From positions 11,829 through 75,828 of the forward strand of contig JBCCQY010000025.1 in the NCBI GenBank assembly GCA_039208735.1: 64,000 nt of DNA, written 5' to 3'. Positions within the stretch are counted from its first letter, which is position 1. Each line of letters opens with the position of its first letter. The notes under the pieces were generated by a model that worked only from the letters and a program-made list of their open reading frames with translations, had not been told where the DNA came from and searched no databases. The position numbers and the translations under genes are program-made. This document shows, piece after piece, positions 44,375-54,052 of the stretch. This stretch comes from Myxococcota bacterium (GTDB taxonomy: Bacteria > Myxococcota_A > UBA796 > GCA-2862545).

Positions 44375-46873
44375 GTGAAGTTCAACCAAGACAATCGCTC
44401 GGTGCAGACCTCGGCGGCAGCCTCCGCGAGCCGCACCGTCTTCCGCCTCGGACAGCGCCTGGCCGTCGTGCTCCTCGTTGCGGGCTGGTCCTCGGTCGCG
44501 TTCGGACAGGAACCCATCGTCGAGAAGCGCTCGGACGGCACGACGGTGGTTTCGCCGCCCAACCCGGTCAAGATTGGCGACCAGGTGGCCCCGGACCCCA
44601 GCCGTGCGTCGAAAGTGTCGCTCACCTTCGGGCCCGAGACGTCGATCTACGACCTCATTCTGTTCTTTGCTCCGATCAAGCGGATCAACTTTGTGATCAG
44701 CGACATCAAGGAGCTTCAGAACCAGAAGGTCACGATCATCTCGAACCAGGAAGTCGCCGGCAGTGCAGCGTGGGAGGCGTTTCTCTCGGCGCTCGAGGTC
44801 AGCGGATACAGCCTGTCGATTGTGGGCGACACTGCGAAGGTCGTGAAGTCAGCCGAAGCGGGGAAGAAGCCCATTCGCATCGGCAAGGTGGGCGACCCCA
44901 TCCGATCGAGCGACGACTACGTCACGCACCTCATCCAGCTCAACAACACCCGTGTCGATGACATGCTCAAGGTCATCCAAACGATGGCCCCGAGCGAGGC
45001 CAAGATCGTGGCCTACCCGCCGACGAATACGCTCATCATCACGGACACGGCGTCGAACATTCGCAAGCTGTACGAGGTGATGAACGAACTTGACGTGGCC
45101 GCACCGAAGTCGACGCTGAAGATCTACCAGCTCGTTCACGCTGATGCGGCCGAGGTGAAGACGATCATCGAAGAGCTGTACGGCGGTGAGGAATCGAAGG
45201 AGCCCGAGCCGCAGAGCCGGGTTCGTCGAAGCAGCCGGGCACGGTCTCGTCGTTCGCGGACGCCCGCCAAGGAGTCGACCGAGGGCGTGTCGGCAGGGTC
45301 CGAGGCCAAGTACATTTCGAAGGTTCTCGAAGACGACCGTACCAACTCGCTCATCGTGCTCGCGAACCAAGATGGCCACAAGGCCGTCGCCGAGCTGATG
45401 CTGAAGCTCGACGTCGACACCGATCCCACCTCGGGATCGCAGTTCCACGTCTACTACCTCGAGAATGCGAAGGCCGAGGATGTGGCTTCGGTGCTTCAGG
45501 AACTCTCGGAAGGTGGGGGCTCCGACAACCAGTCGCAGAACGTGGCGCAGCGACGGCAGGCCCAGCGCAATCGGAACCGCACCAACCCCAACGCGCCCGA
45601 GCAGAATGCCGAGGGCAAGCGGGGAGTCATTGCGGCCTTCGACTCGGGCATGCGCATCGCAGCGGACGAGAACACAAACTCGCTCATCATCATTGCGAGC
45701 CAAGATGACTACAAGGTCATCCGCGATGTCATCGACTCGCTGGACGTCGAGCGCCGTCAGGTCTTCGTCGACGCGGTAGTGCTCGAGCTGTCCAGTGAAG
45801 ATGCAGCGTCGCTGGGGGTTGCCTACCACGCGCCGACATCGGGCAATCCCGACGGGACGGGCACCACGAGCTTCGTGGGCGCCCAGCTTGGAGCAAGTTC
45901 GCTCGGCCTTTCGCAGGATGCGCTTTCAGGCTTGGCCTTCGGCGTGTTTGGCGAAGCGATCGATGTGCCCATCACGTTGCCCGACGGCAGCGCCAGCACG
46001 TTGGCCGTTCCGGCATTCGGGATCGCGCTCAATGCGATCAAGACGTTTGGTTCCACCAACATCATCTCGAACCCGAACCTCACCACGCTCGATAACGAAG
46101 AGGCCGAAATCACCGTCGGTCGGAAGATTCCCTTCCCCACCTCGAGCGGTCTCAACAGCTTGGGTTCGCCCGTCATCAGCTTCCAGCGTGAAGACGTCGC
46201 CATCACGATGAAGGTCACGCCGCGCATCAACAGCGCAAACTTTGTGACGCTCGAACTCGAAGTTGAGGTCCAGGAAGTCGAAGAGAGTGCCCAGAGTTCT
46301 GCTGTCACGGCGGCGGGCGGTGGTTTCATCACCTCCGAGCGTCGGCTACAGACCGTCGCGCTCGTGCGGGACAATCAGACGATGGTGATCGGCGGCCTGG
46401 TGGGTTCCACCGAGAGTACGAGCGAGACCAAGGTGCCGATCCTTGGCGATTTGCCGCTCATCGGCGGGTTGTTCCGGTCCCGGTCACGCCAGGACCGCAA
46501 GACCAACCTCATGATCTTCCTCACGCCGCACATCATCGATGAGCCCGAAGACATGGAAGAGATCCAGCGGGTCAAGGAAGCCCAGCGCCAGGAGTTCCTG
46601 CGTCGCTTCTACGGCCGCAGCAAGGACGATTTCTACAAGGAGCTGCAGAACCTGCTGCGCTACTCCATGAACTTTGTGGACCAGCCCACGATGTACCGAG
46701 GGCCGCTCGACATGGCACAGAGCGTCGAGCTTTCGGATGACACGCGGGCCGCCGTGCAGTCGGCGGTGCTGAGTGCAGGGGAACAGGAGCCGGGGGCGGC
46801 CGCGGGCGAACTGCCAGAGAGCGACACCCTCATCATCGACGACCAGGCCACGCCGCCGAGCGGCAAGGAGTAG
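44375..46873 (+). CDS. gspD: Type II secretion secretin D
   Basis: N-domains with TNSLI repeats, QVFVDAVVLE, TLDNEEAEITVG, KVPILGDLPLIG.LFR, NLMIFLTPHII. Confidence 0.95.
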   Translation: MKFNQDNRSVQTSAAASASRTVFRLGQRLAVVLLVAGWSSVAFGQEPIVEKRSDGTTVVSPPNPVKIGDQVAPDPSRASKVSLTFGPETSIYDLILFFAPIKRINFVISDIKELQNQKVTIISNQEVAGSAAWEAFLSALEVSGYSLSIVGDTAKVVKSAEAGKKPIRIGKVGDPIRSSDDYVTHLIQLNNTRVDDMLKVIQTMAPSEAKIVAYPPTNTLIITDTASNIRKLYEVMNELDVAAPKSTLKIYQLVHADAAEVKTIIEELYGGEESKEPEPQSRVRRSSRARSRRSRTPAKESTEGVSAGSEAKYISKVLEDDRTNSLIVLANQDGHKAVAELMLKLDVDTDPTSGSQFHVYYLENAKAEDVASVLQELSEGGGSDNQSQNVAQRRQAQRNRNRTNPNAPEQNAEGKRGVIAAFDSGMRIAADENTNSLIIIASQDDYKVIRDVIDSLDVERRQVFVDAVVLELSSEDAASLGVAYHAPTSGNPDGTGTTSFVGAQLGASSLGLSQDALSGLAFGVFGEAIDVPITLPDGSASTLAVPAFGIALNAIKTFGSTNIISNPNLTTLDNEEAEITVGRKIPFPTSSGLNSLGSPVISFQREDVAITMKVTPRINSANFVTLELEVEVQEVEESAQSSAVTAAGGGFITSERRLQTVALVRDNQTMVIGGLVGSTESTSETKVPILGDLPLIGGLFRSRSRQDRKTNLMIFLTPHIIDEPEDMEEIQRVKEAQRQEFLRRFYGRSKDDFYKELQNLLRYSMNFVDQPTMYRGPLDMAQSVELSDDTRAAVQSAVLSAGEQEPGAAAGELPESDTLIIDDQATPPSGKE

Positions 46874-46878
46874 GACCG

Positions 46879-48597
46879 ATGCCCATCCGTCGGGTCGGCA
46901 TCGACGAGTCGATGCGTGAACTTGGGGTTGAAGAAGAGGCCCTGAACAAGGCAAAGACCGTCGCGAATCGCAAGGAAATTTCGTTTCGGCGAGCCGCCAT
47001 GGAGGTCAAGGAGTTCGATACGAAGGCCATGGCGCAGGCCTACGCCCGGTTGTCGAACTACCCCCTTGTCGAGACGATCGACGCCGAACAGACGGACCCC
47101 GAGTACATCCGGATGATGCCGTCGACGATCGCTCGCGACAATGCGGTGTTGCCGCTGCATGTCGACGAGCAAGGCCAGCTGCACGTTGGGATTGCAGATC
47201 TCGATGCCATCGCGATTCTCGATGACCTGCGGGTGCTCTATGGCCATCCCATTCGTCCGGTCATCGTGCCGGCGGACGTGCTCGCCGACGCCATGCAGGA
47301 AGCCTACGATCGAGCGGCGCAGTCGGCCGAAGCGATCATCGAGAAGGCCGATGAAGAGGCCGAGGATGTTGGAGATGTCGATGCGCTCGATATCGACGCC
47401 GAGATTGGGGACGATCCCAACCAAGCCCCCATCATTCGCTTCGTGAACGCAGTGCTCTCGCAGGCCATCAAGGAGCGAGCGAGCGATATCCATATCGAGC
47501 CTTACGAAAAGGACCTCGTCGTGCGCTACCGCGTCGACGGTGTCCTCAAGGAAGCCATTCGGCCGAAAGCCAAGTTCAAGAACACGATCGTGGCCCGCAT
47601 CAAAATCATGGCCGGTCTGAACATCGCCGAGAAGCGCCTGCCGCAGGATGGCCGCATCCGACGTAAATTCGGCGGTCGTGAGATCGACCTGCGCGTCTCG
47701 ACGGTGCCCGTACGCCACGGCGAACGCGTGGTCATGCGGATCCTCGAGAAGGGCAAGGTGTTCTCGCTCGACAAAATCGGGATGGCGGGCGATACGCTCG
47801 GCCGCTTCCGAGAGCTGATTCGTCGGCCCCACGGCATCTTGCTCGTCACGGGACCGACAGGGTCTGGGAAGTCGACCACGCTGTACTCGGCGATCACCGA
47901 GATCAACAGCCCCGACAAGAACATCCTCACCATCGAGGACCCGGTCGAGTACGAAGCGCCAGGCGTTGGCCAGGTGCAGGTGAATCACAAGATCAACCTC
48001 ACCTTCGCATCCGCGCTCCGCGCGTTTCTTCGACAGGACCCCGACGTCATTCTGGTGGGCGAGATTCGAGACTCCGAGACGGCGGCTAACGCAGTCCAAG
48101 CCTCGCTAACGGGCCACCTCGTGTTCTCGACCCTCCACACCAATGACTCCGCGACGGCGTTTGCCCGTCTGTGCGACATGGATGTGGAATCGTTTTTGGT
48201 CGCCGACACGATGCTCGGGGTCTTGGCCCAGCGCCTCGTGCGGGCGGTGTGCAAGCATTGCCGCGAGCAGTACGTACCTGACGAGCTGGAGCTGCGCGAA
48301 ATCGGGTGCACCGAAGAACAAATCAAGCAAGTGCCCAACGCGACCATCTACCGGGCTGTAGGCTGCCCGGAATGCAACGACGTGGGCTACTCCGGTCGAA
48401 CCGGCATCTACGAGTTCCTCGAAAACAGCGATGAAGTGCAGCGTTTGGTCATCCAAAACGCACCGTCGGGCCAGATCAGCCGGGCCGCGCGCGAGGCGGG
48501 CATGTTTTCGCTGTTCGAAGATGGTGTGCGCAAGGTCTTCCAGGGGGTAACCACGTTCGAGGAAGTGAAGCGCGTGACCTCTTCCGAGCTGGGGTGA
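46879..48597 (+). CDS. gspE: Type II secretion ATPase E
   Basis: ASDIHIEP, RLPQDGR, GPTGSGKST, TIEDPVEY, LRQDPD, TGHLV.STLHTN, CKHC/CPEC. Confidence 0.96.
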   Translation: MPIRRVGIDESMRELGVEEEALNKAKTVANRKEISFRRAAMEVKEFDTKAMAQAYARLSNYPLVETIDAEQTDPEYIRMMPSTIARDNAVLPLHVDEQGQLHVGIADLDAIAILDDLRVLYGHPIRPVIVPADVLADAMQEAYDRAAQSAEAIIEKADEEAEDVGDVDALDIDAEIGDDPNQAPIIRFVNAVLSQAIKERASDIHIEPYEKDLVVRYRVDGVLKEAIRPKAKFKNTIVARIKIMAGLNIAEKRLPQDGRIRRKFGGREIDLRVSTVPVRHGERVVMRILEKGKVFSLDKIGMAGDTLGRFRELIRRPHGILLVTGPTGSGKSTTLYSAITEINSPDKNILTIEDPVEYEAPGVGQVQVNHKINLTFASALRAFLRQDPDVILVGEIRDSETAANAVQASLTGHLVFSTLHTNDSATAFARLCDMDVESFLVADTMLGVLAQRLVRAVCKHCREQYVPDELELREIGCTEEQIKQVPNATIYRAVGCPECNDVGYSGRTGIYEFLENSDEVQRLVIQNAPSGQISRAAREAGMFSLFEDGVRKVFQGVTTFEEVKRVTSSELG

Positions 48598-48600
48598 CGC

Positions 48601-49851
48601 ATGCCGGTCTATGAGTACAAGGCGCTGGACGCCGCTGGAAAGTCTGTCTCGAGTGTCATCGATGCGGATACGGCCAAGGTGGCGCGCACCCGGTTGCGCA
48701 AACAAGGCCTTTTTCCTACCGAGATCCGCGAACAGGCCGGCAAGAGTACCCGTCAGGGTGAATCCATCCTCGACATGCAGATCGATGTCGAGAAGTACTT
48801 CCAGTTCATCACGGCTCGCGACATTTCGACCATGACCCAGCAGCTCTCGACGCTGGTGGGAGCCCACGTGCCCATGGCCGAGGCGCTGTCGGCCTTGGTC
48901 GACCAGACCGAAAAGCAGAAGCTCAAGGTCGTGCTTTCGAAGATCAAGGAACGGGTCAACGAAGGGTCGACGCTTGCCGACGCGATGGCCCAGCATCCGC
49001 GGGTGTTCGACGACCTGTTCGTGCAGATGATTCGGGCGGGCGAGAAGTCGGGGGCGTTGTCGGAGGTGCTCCACCGCCTCGCGACGTACGCCGATGGCCA
49101 GGTGAAGCTTCAGGGCAAGATCATCTCGGCCGTGGCCTACCCCATTTTGCTCGGTCTGATGGGTACGGGCATGCTGGCGGGCATCTTTCTGTTCGTCATT
49201 CCGCGCGTGCGGACCATGTTCGACAGCATGCCTGGCGGCGAAGAGAACCTGCCGTTCATCTCTAAGGCGGTGTTCTTCTTTGGGGATGCGCTGACCAGCT
49301 GGACGGGCTTGCTTGTGCCTGTGTTTTTGGTCGCGACGTTCCTCGTATGGCGACAGTGGGTGCGTACCGAAAATGGTCGCGCCACCTGGGACCGTTGGCG
49401 TTTGAAGTGGCCGTTGCTCGGCAAGATGGCGCGTTTGGTTTCGGTAAGTCGCTTCTGTCGCACCATGTCGACGTTGCTCGTGTCGGGCGTGCCCATCGTT
49501 AGTGCGCTCAAGATCACCGAAGCAGTCGTGGGCAACGTGGTCATTGGCGAAGCGGTCGTACGGGCGACCGAGAGCATTCAGGAAGGTCAGTCGATCGCGG
49601 TGCCTCTGCGCCAGTCGGGTGAGTTTCCGCCTCTTGTGACGCACATGATCGGCATCGGTGAGCGGACCGGCGAACTCGAACGCATGCTCACTGTGGTCGC
49701 CGATTCCTACGACGATCAAGTCGATGCAACGATCACCGCGCTGACCTCGCTGCTGGCGCCGTTGATGATCTTTGCCGTCGGCGGGGTGGTCTTTTTGGTC
49801 GCGCTGGGGCTCCTGCTGCCCCTGCAGAACATGATGTCGGCGATGCGCTGA
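48601..49851 (+). CDS. gspF: Type II secretion inner-membrane protein F
   Basis: MPVYEYKA, EG..LADAM..HP.VF, AGE.SG.L, GERTGELE. Confidence 0.95.
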   Translation: MPVYEYKALDAAGKSVSSVIDADTAKVARTRLRKQGLFPTEIREQAGKSTRQGESILDMQIDVEKYFQFITARDISTMTQQLSTLVGAHVPMAEALSALVDQTEKQKLKVVLSKIKERVNEGSTLADAMAQHPRVFDDLFVQMIRAGEKSGALSEVLHRLATYADGQVKLQGKIISAVAYPILLGLMGTGMLAGIFLFVIPRVRTMFDSMPGGEENLPFISKAVFFFGDALTSWTGLLVPVFLVATFLVWRQWVRTENGRATWDRWRLKWPLLGKMARLVSVSRFCRTMSTLLVSGVPIVSALKITEAVVGNVVIGEAVVRATESIQEGQSIAVPLRQSGEFPPLVTHMIGIGERTGELERMLTVVADSYDDQVDATITALTSLLAPLMIFAVGGVVFLVALGLLLPLQNMMSAMR

Positions 49852-49879
49852 CGCAATCGAAAGAGGACGAGGAGAACAG

Positions 49880-50314
49880 ATGCAACACAGACTCGATCGG
49901 TGGCGTGAGATCGCGCGTGCGATGCTCACCGGCAACAAGCGTTCGCGTCGTCGGAACCGGCGCGGGATGTCGCTCATCGAAGTGATGGTGGTCATTGCGA
50001 TCATCCTCACGCTCACGAGCGTGCTCGCGATCGGCATCTTCGGCATCTTCGGCGAAGCGCAGGCCCAGACCACGGTGCTGACCATGGGCAAGGTCGACCA
50101 GCGCATTTCGCTGTACGTGCTCCGCAAGAAGTCGGCGCCCTCGTCGCTGTCCGAGGCCTTTGGTTCGGATGAGGTGCCGAAGGACGCTTGGGGCAACGAC
50201 TTCATCTACGAGGCCAACGGCCGGAACTACGAGATTACCTCGCTCGGTTCCGATGGTGCGCCCGGCGGTACCGGCGATGCGACGGACCTCAAGTGGAGCG
50301 AGCAGAAGCAGTGA
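49880..50314 (+). CDS. gspG: Major pseudopilin G
   Basis: Class III signal RRG/MSLIEVMVV, KDAWGN.F.Y, SLGSDG.PGG.G..D. Confidence 0.88.
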   Translation: MQHRLDRWREIARAMLTGNKRSRRRNRRGMSLIEVMVVIAIILTLTSVLAIGIFGIFGEAQAQTTVLTMGKVDQRISLYVLRKKSAPSSLSEAFGSDEVPKDAWGNDFIYEANGRNYEITSLGSDGAPGGTGDATDLKWSEQKQ

Positions 50315-51048
50315 GCCGTCTTCGGGCCAGCCGACGCTCCCGTCACCTCCCGCGCCGCGGCATGTCGCTGCTCGAGGTCATGGTCGCGATTGCCGCCATG
50401 TTGCTGCTGTTCGCGGCGTTGGCTCCGTCGCTCTCAGGCTTTCTGGGCCTCGATGTGCAGTCGGCCGCGAGCAAGCTGGCCCACACCTACGGCCGCCTTC
50501 GCGATGAGGCGGTCATGCGGAACCTGACGTTCCGGATTGTGTACTACCCGAACGAGGGGCGCTACGTCGTCGAGCCCGGGGAACCCGGAGCCTTGATCTC
50601 TGCATCCCCTGAACGAAGGGAAGCCTACGAGGAAGAGGTCCGCAACAAACTGCGGAACATGAGCGAAGAAGAACAGGCCGAGTGGTACCGAACCCGAAAA
50701 CAGCCGTTTGAATCCCGCAAGGGTGCGAACGGCTCGCTCGACGTAAAGCTGCCCTCGGGGGTCGCCATTGGCGGCGTCTACACTCCCCAGTACGGCGAGT
50801 ACATTCGACCTGGCGACAAGGTCGGAGATGGGGATGAAGATGAACCTCTCCAGGTGTTTTCGTATGTGATGAATTCTGGCTTCACGGAACACACGCTCGT
50901 ACAGATCGTGCAGATCAGCAACCCCGATGAGGGCTACACCATCGAGGTCGAACCCCTTTCGGGGGTGGTGATTTTGCATAACGAACTCGTCGAGATTCGT
51001 GACATTCGTGAGGATCTTCCACTTGAAGGACCGGATCTCCCGTTATGA
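50311..51048 (+). CDS. gspH: Minor pseudopilin H-like
   Basis: RRG/MSLLEVMV prepilin motif; GTGA overlap with gspG; position. Confidence 0.75.
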   Translation: MSRLRASRRSRHLPRRGMSLLEVMVAIAAMLLLFAALAPSLSGFLGLDVQSAASKLAHTYGRLRDEAVMRNLTFRIVYYPNEGRYVVEPGEPGALISASPERREAYEEEVRNKLRNMSEEEQAEWYRTRKQPFESRKGANGSLDVKLPSGVAIGGVYTPQYGEYIRPGDKVGDGDEDEPLQVFSYVMNSGFTEHTLVQIVQISNPDEGYTIEVEPLSGVVILHNELVEIRDIREDLPLEGPDLPL

Positions 51049-51734
51049 CGACCATTCGCTCCACCTCGCGACGGGGCTTTTCCCTACTCGAGGTGATGAT
51101 CGCACTGTCGATCCTCACCGTGAGCCTCGTCATCCTGATCCAGACACAATCGATGGCCATGGTGCTCACGCAGGAAGCGGAGATGCGCATGACGGCCACC
51201 GACCTTGCGCAGCAGAAAATGACGGAGGCATTGCTCGAGATTGAGTCGGAAGGCTTCCAAGTGCGGGACGTCTACGAGCGCGGGGACTTTGCAGACTACG
51301 GTTCGGACGGTCTGAACGTGGACGTGGGCGACGAACTCGAGGCGTTCGAGTGGGAATACTCAATCCGCGAAGTCGACATCACCATCGTGGGCGAGGCCGC
51401 GGAAAGCGCGGGCGACCTCGCGGAGGACGGTGATGAAGGCGGAGGACCACTGGGCGCGCTGTCTGGGTTGATCGGCGGCGGCGGGGAAGACGTTGGCAAC
51501 CCGTTGGCCGGCGTGGGAGGCCAGCTCACCGAGGCCCTAGGGGCGTTTGGACTCGGTTCGAGCAGCATCGCGGAATTGTTGGGCCCGTTCGTACGTGAGG
51601 TGCGCGTCCGGGTGTGGTGGGGAGGCAGCATCGAAGAAGCCGAAGAGATCGGCAACGAAGTCATTCTCACCACCCACATCTTCGACCCCTCGGGGGCAGC
51701 GACGGCTGAAACGCCGGGGCAGGCGCCACAATGA
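51045..51734 (+). CDS. gspI: Minor pseudopilin I-like
   Basis: RRG/FSLLEVMIALSIL, A..LA..KM, REVRVRVWW. Confidence 0.8.
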   Translation: MTTIRSTSRRGFSLLEVMIALSILTVSLVILIQTQSMAMVLTQEAEMRMTATDLAQQKMTEALLEIESEGFQVRDVYERGDFADYGSDGLNVDVGDELEAFEWEYSIREVDITIVGEAAESAGDLAEDGDEGGGPLGALSGLIGGGGEDVGNPLAGVGGQLTEALGAFGLGSSSIAELLGPFVREVRVRVWWGGSIEEAEEIGNEVILTTHIFDPSGAATAETPGQAPQ

Positions 51735-52744
51735 GCCGGTTTTCCAACCGCCGCCGCGCTCGCCGTGGCATGACGCTGGCCGAGGTCATGGTCGCCACCG
51801 TGGTGCTCCTCGTGATGGCGATGATCATTGCGGAGTCACTCCGCAATTCCGTGATCTTCGACCAGGAACTTTCCACCCGGGATCAGACGATTCGGACGGC
51901 CCGGGTGGTGATGAGCAAGCTCAAGCGGGATCTACAGCTCGCCTACCTCACGCCGCAGGACAACGGGGCGAATCTCGACCGGTACCGAACCGTGTTCGTG
52001 GGCTTCAACGACGAGCCTGACAAGCTGTTCTTCGCCTCACTGAACCACCAACGGATGTACCTCGACACCCGCGAATCCGATCAGACGGAAATCACGGTCT
52101 GGTGCGAGCCTTCGAATGAAGGCGATGGCTACACGTTGTTCCACCGTGAAGGCCCTCGGATCGACGAAGAACCCGATGAACAAGGCACGATTTGGCCCTT
52201 GGCCTACAACGTGCGGTCCTTCTCGGTGCGCTACCTCGACCAGCAAGACGCCGAATGGAAGGACGAGTGGGACACGCGGGCCTCCGATACGCCCTACCGG
52301 CTCCCTCGAGCGGTCGAGATTGCGTTGGTGCTCATTGCGCCCGACCCCGAAGACGAAGACGACACCATCGATGTGCCCTTCGTGACCCAGGTGATGCTGG
52401 AATGGGCGCCGCGTCTTCCCGCTGAAAACCCCGGCGGACTTGGGGCGGGGGGCAATGGGCTTGCCTCCCGATTGGGGCAGGCGGCGGCGCAGAATAACGG
52501 GGGCACCAACATCTTCAATTCGGTGCAGTTCGGCAAGGGAGGCTACGCCGGCTCGGGCCGTCAAGGCCTCGCCATTCAAGCGGGTCAAGGTCCGTTTGCG
52601 GGCGCCCAGACCCAACGGGGCGGACGCGGCGGCAACGCACGGAACCAGCCGCGCCAGCCACCGGCAGGTTTTGGCCCAGGAGGTCGCCCACCGGTGCAAA
52701 TGCCGCAGGGCCAGCCCCTCGGTGGCACTGTAGGAGGTCGATGA
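51731..52744 (+). CDS. gspJ: Minor pseudopilin J
   Basis: RRG/MTLAEVMV, EW.DEWD, LPRAVEI.L. Confidence 0.82.
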   Translation: MSRFSNRRRARRGMTLAEVMVATVVLLVMAMIIAESLRNSVIFDQELSTRDQTIRTARVVMSKLKRDLQLAYLTPQDNGANLDRYRTVFVGFNDEPDKLFFASLNHQRMYLDTRESDQTEITVWCEPSNEGDGYTLFHREGPRIDEEPDEQGTIWPLAYNVRSFSVRYLDQQDAEWKDEWDTRASDTPYRLPRAVEIALVLIAPDPEDEDDTIDVPFVTQVMLEWAPRLPAENPGGLGAGGNGLASRLGQAAAQNNGGTNIFNSVQFGKGGYAGSGRQGLAIQAGQGPFAGAQTQRGGRGGNARNQPRQPPAGFGPGGRPPVQMPQGQPLGGTVGGR

Positions 52745-54033
52745 TGGCGCTCCGCAAGGTCCGATTGCAGGGTCGCCTGCAGGGTCTTTGGCATGAACTG
52801 GTGCGACCCCGGGGTCCGGTTCGTCACCGCTTCTACCGAGGCGGGCGACGGTCTCGGGCGGGCGTGGCGCTGCTCATGACGATCACCTCGGTCATGCTGA
52901 TGTCGATCCTCGTCACCGAAATCGCCTACAGCGCCATCACACGGGCCCAGGTCGCAGCCCAGTACCGCGACGAAGTGGCGGCCGAGATGCTGGCCCGCAG
53001 CGGCCTGCAGTTCCACCACATGATTTTGATCGCCTCGCAGACCATCGGGGCCAATCCGATGGTCCAGCAATACGCGCAGATGTTGGGCAGCAACGCCAAC
53101 GAGCTGTGGCAGGCGATTCCGTTCATCGACACGCGTTTTTTGCGCATGGTGATCATCGATTCGACGCCCAGCGAGTCCGATGTCGCCGCCGCCGCGGCGG
53201 CTGGGGGGCTCACCGACGAGCAAATCCAGGAGTCCCGCGAGGAAGGCAGTTCGCTCACCCGACGGTCGTTCCTCGACTTCGATGGGGACTTCAATTCGAC
53301 GGTCCGCGATGTTGAGCGGCTCATCAACGTGCGTCAGATCCAAGCCACCACGCTCGGCGAGCTGTTGCAGACCCCCGCAGGGGCCCAGCTCAACGCCCTG
53401 TTCCTGCAGGAGCAGTACCAGGATTGGCTCAATGCCAACAACCTGGTGCGTGAGGAGCTGATTGCGAACCTCGCGGACTGGACCGACCCCGACGACACCC
53501 GCATCTTCCAGGGAGGCTCTGAAGATGCGTTGTACGACCGCGGTGATGAGGAGACCCGCTACCGTTCGAAGAACGCGCCGTTCGATACCCGCGAAGAGAT
53601 TCGATTGGTCGAAGGTTGGCACCTCGACGGCGTGTGGGAACGCGTCGGCCGTCAGCTCACGGTTTACGGCAGTGGCAAGGTCAATGTGAACACCGCCACC
53701 CGCCTCGGGCTGTTTGGCATTGTGCGGGCCTTTGCCGAGGGCGCGCCGAGTGACGACACGATCTTTGAAGCCCTCGATGAGTTCCTCATGCTTCGGGGCA
53801 CGCCCATGGCAGAGGGAGGGCTGTTCATCAACAGTCCCCAGGTCTTTACCCAGTTCTTCCAGACCCAGGGCATCACGCTGCGCCCTGAGGTCAACGATGC
53901 CATCACCAACCAATCGAAGGTCTTCCGCATCCGGTCCGTCGGAGAGGTGGGTGATGCAAGGGCGGAGGCCGAAATGGTCGTCGATTTCACCAACGGTGGA
54001 GCGGGCCGAATCATTTACTGGAACATCCGCTGA
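52741..54033 (+). CDS. gspK: Minor pseudopilin K
   Basis: G/VALLM (no Glu5, typical of K), LARSG, DW.DPD, KNAPFDT.EE.RLV.G, VNVNTA. Confidence 0.88.
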   Translation: MMALRKVRLQGRLQGLWHELVRPRGPVRHRFYRGGRRSRAGVALLMTITSVMLMSILVTEIAYSAITRAQVAAQYRDEVAAEMLARSGLQFHHMILIASQTIGANPMVQQYAQMLGSNANELWQAIPFIDTRFLRMVIIDSTPSESDVAAAAAAGGLTDEQIQESREEGSSLTRRSFLDFDGDFNSTVRDVERLINVRQIQATTLGELLQTPAGAQLNALFLQEQYQDWLNANNLVREELIANLADWTDPDDTRIFQGGSEDALYDRGDEETRYRSKNAPFDTREEIRLVEGWHLDGVWERVGRQLTVYGSGKVNVNTATRLGLFGIVRAFAEGAPSDDTIFEALDEFLMLRGTPMAEGGLFINSPQVFTQFFQTQGITLRPEVNDAITNQSKVFRIRSVGEVGDARAEAEMVVDFTNGGAGRIIYWNIR

Positions 54034-54052
54034 TGCGCCGAGGAGCAACTGA

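Noticed and set aside
48106..50205. 699-aa antisense ORF and other long opposite-strand ORFs (e.g. 25031-26416, 28894-30246, 46660-48099, 52585-54078)
   Set aside because: They shadow well-supported genes, lack motifs, and are expected from high-GC codon bias.
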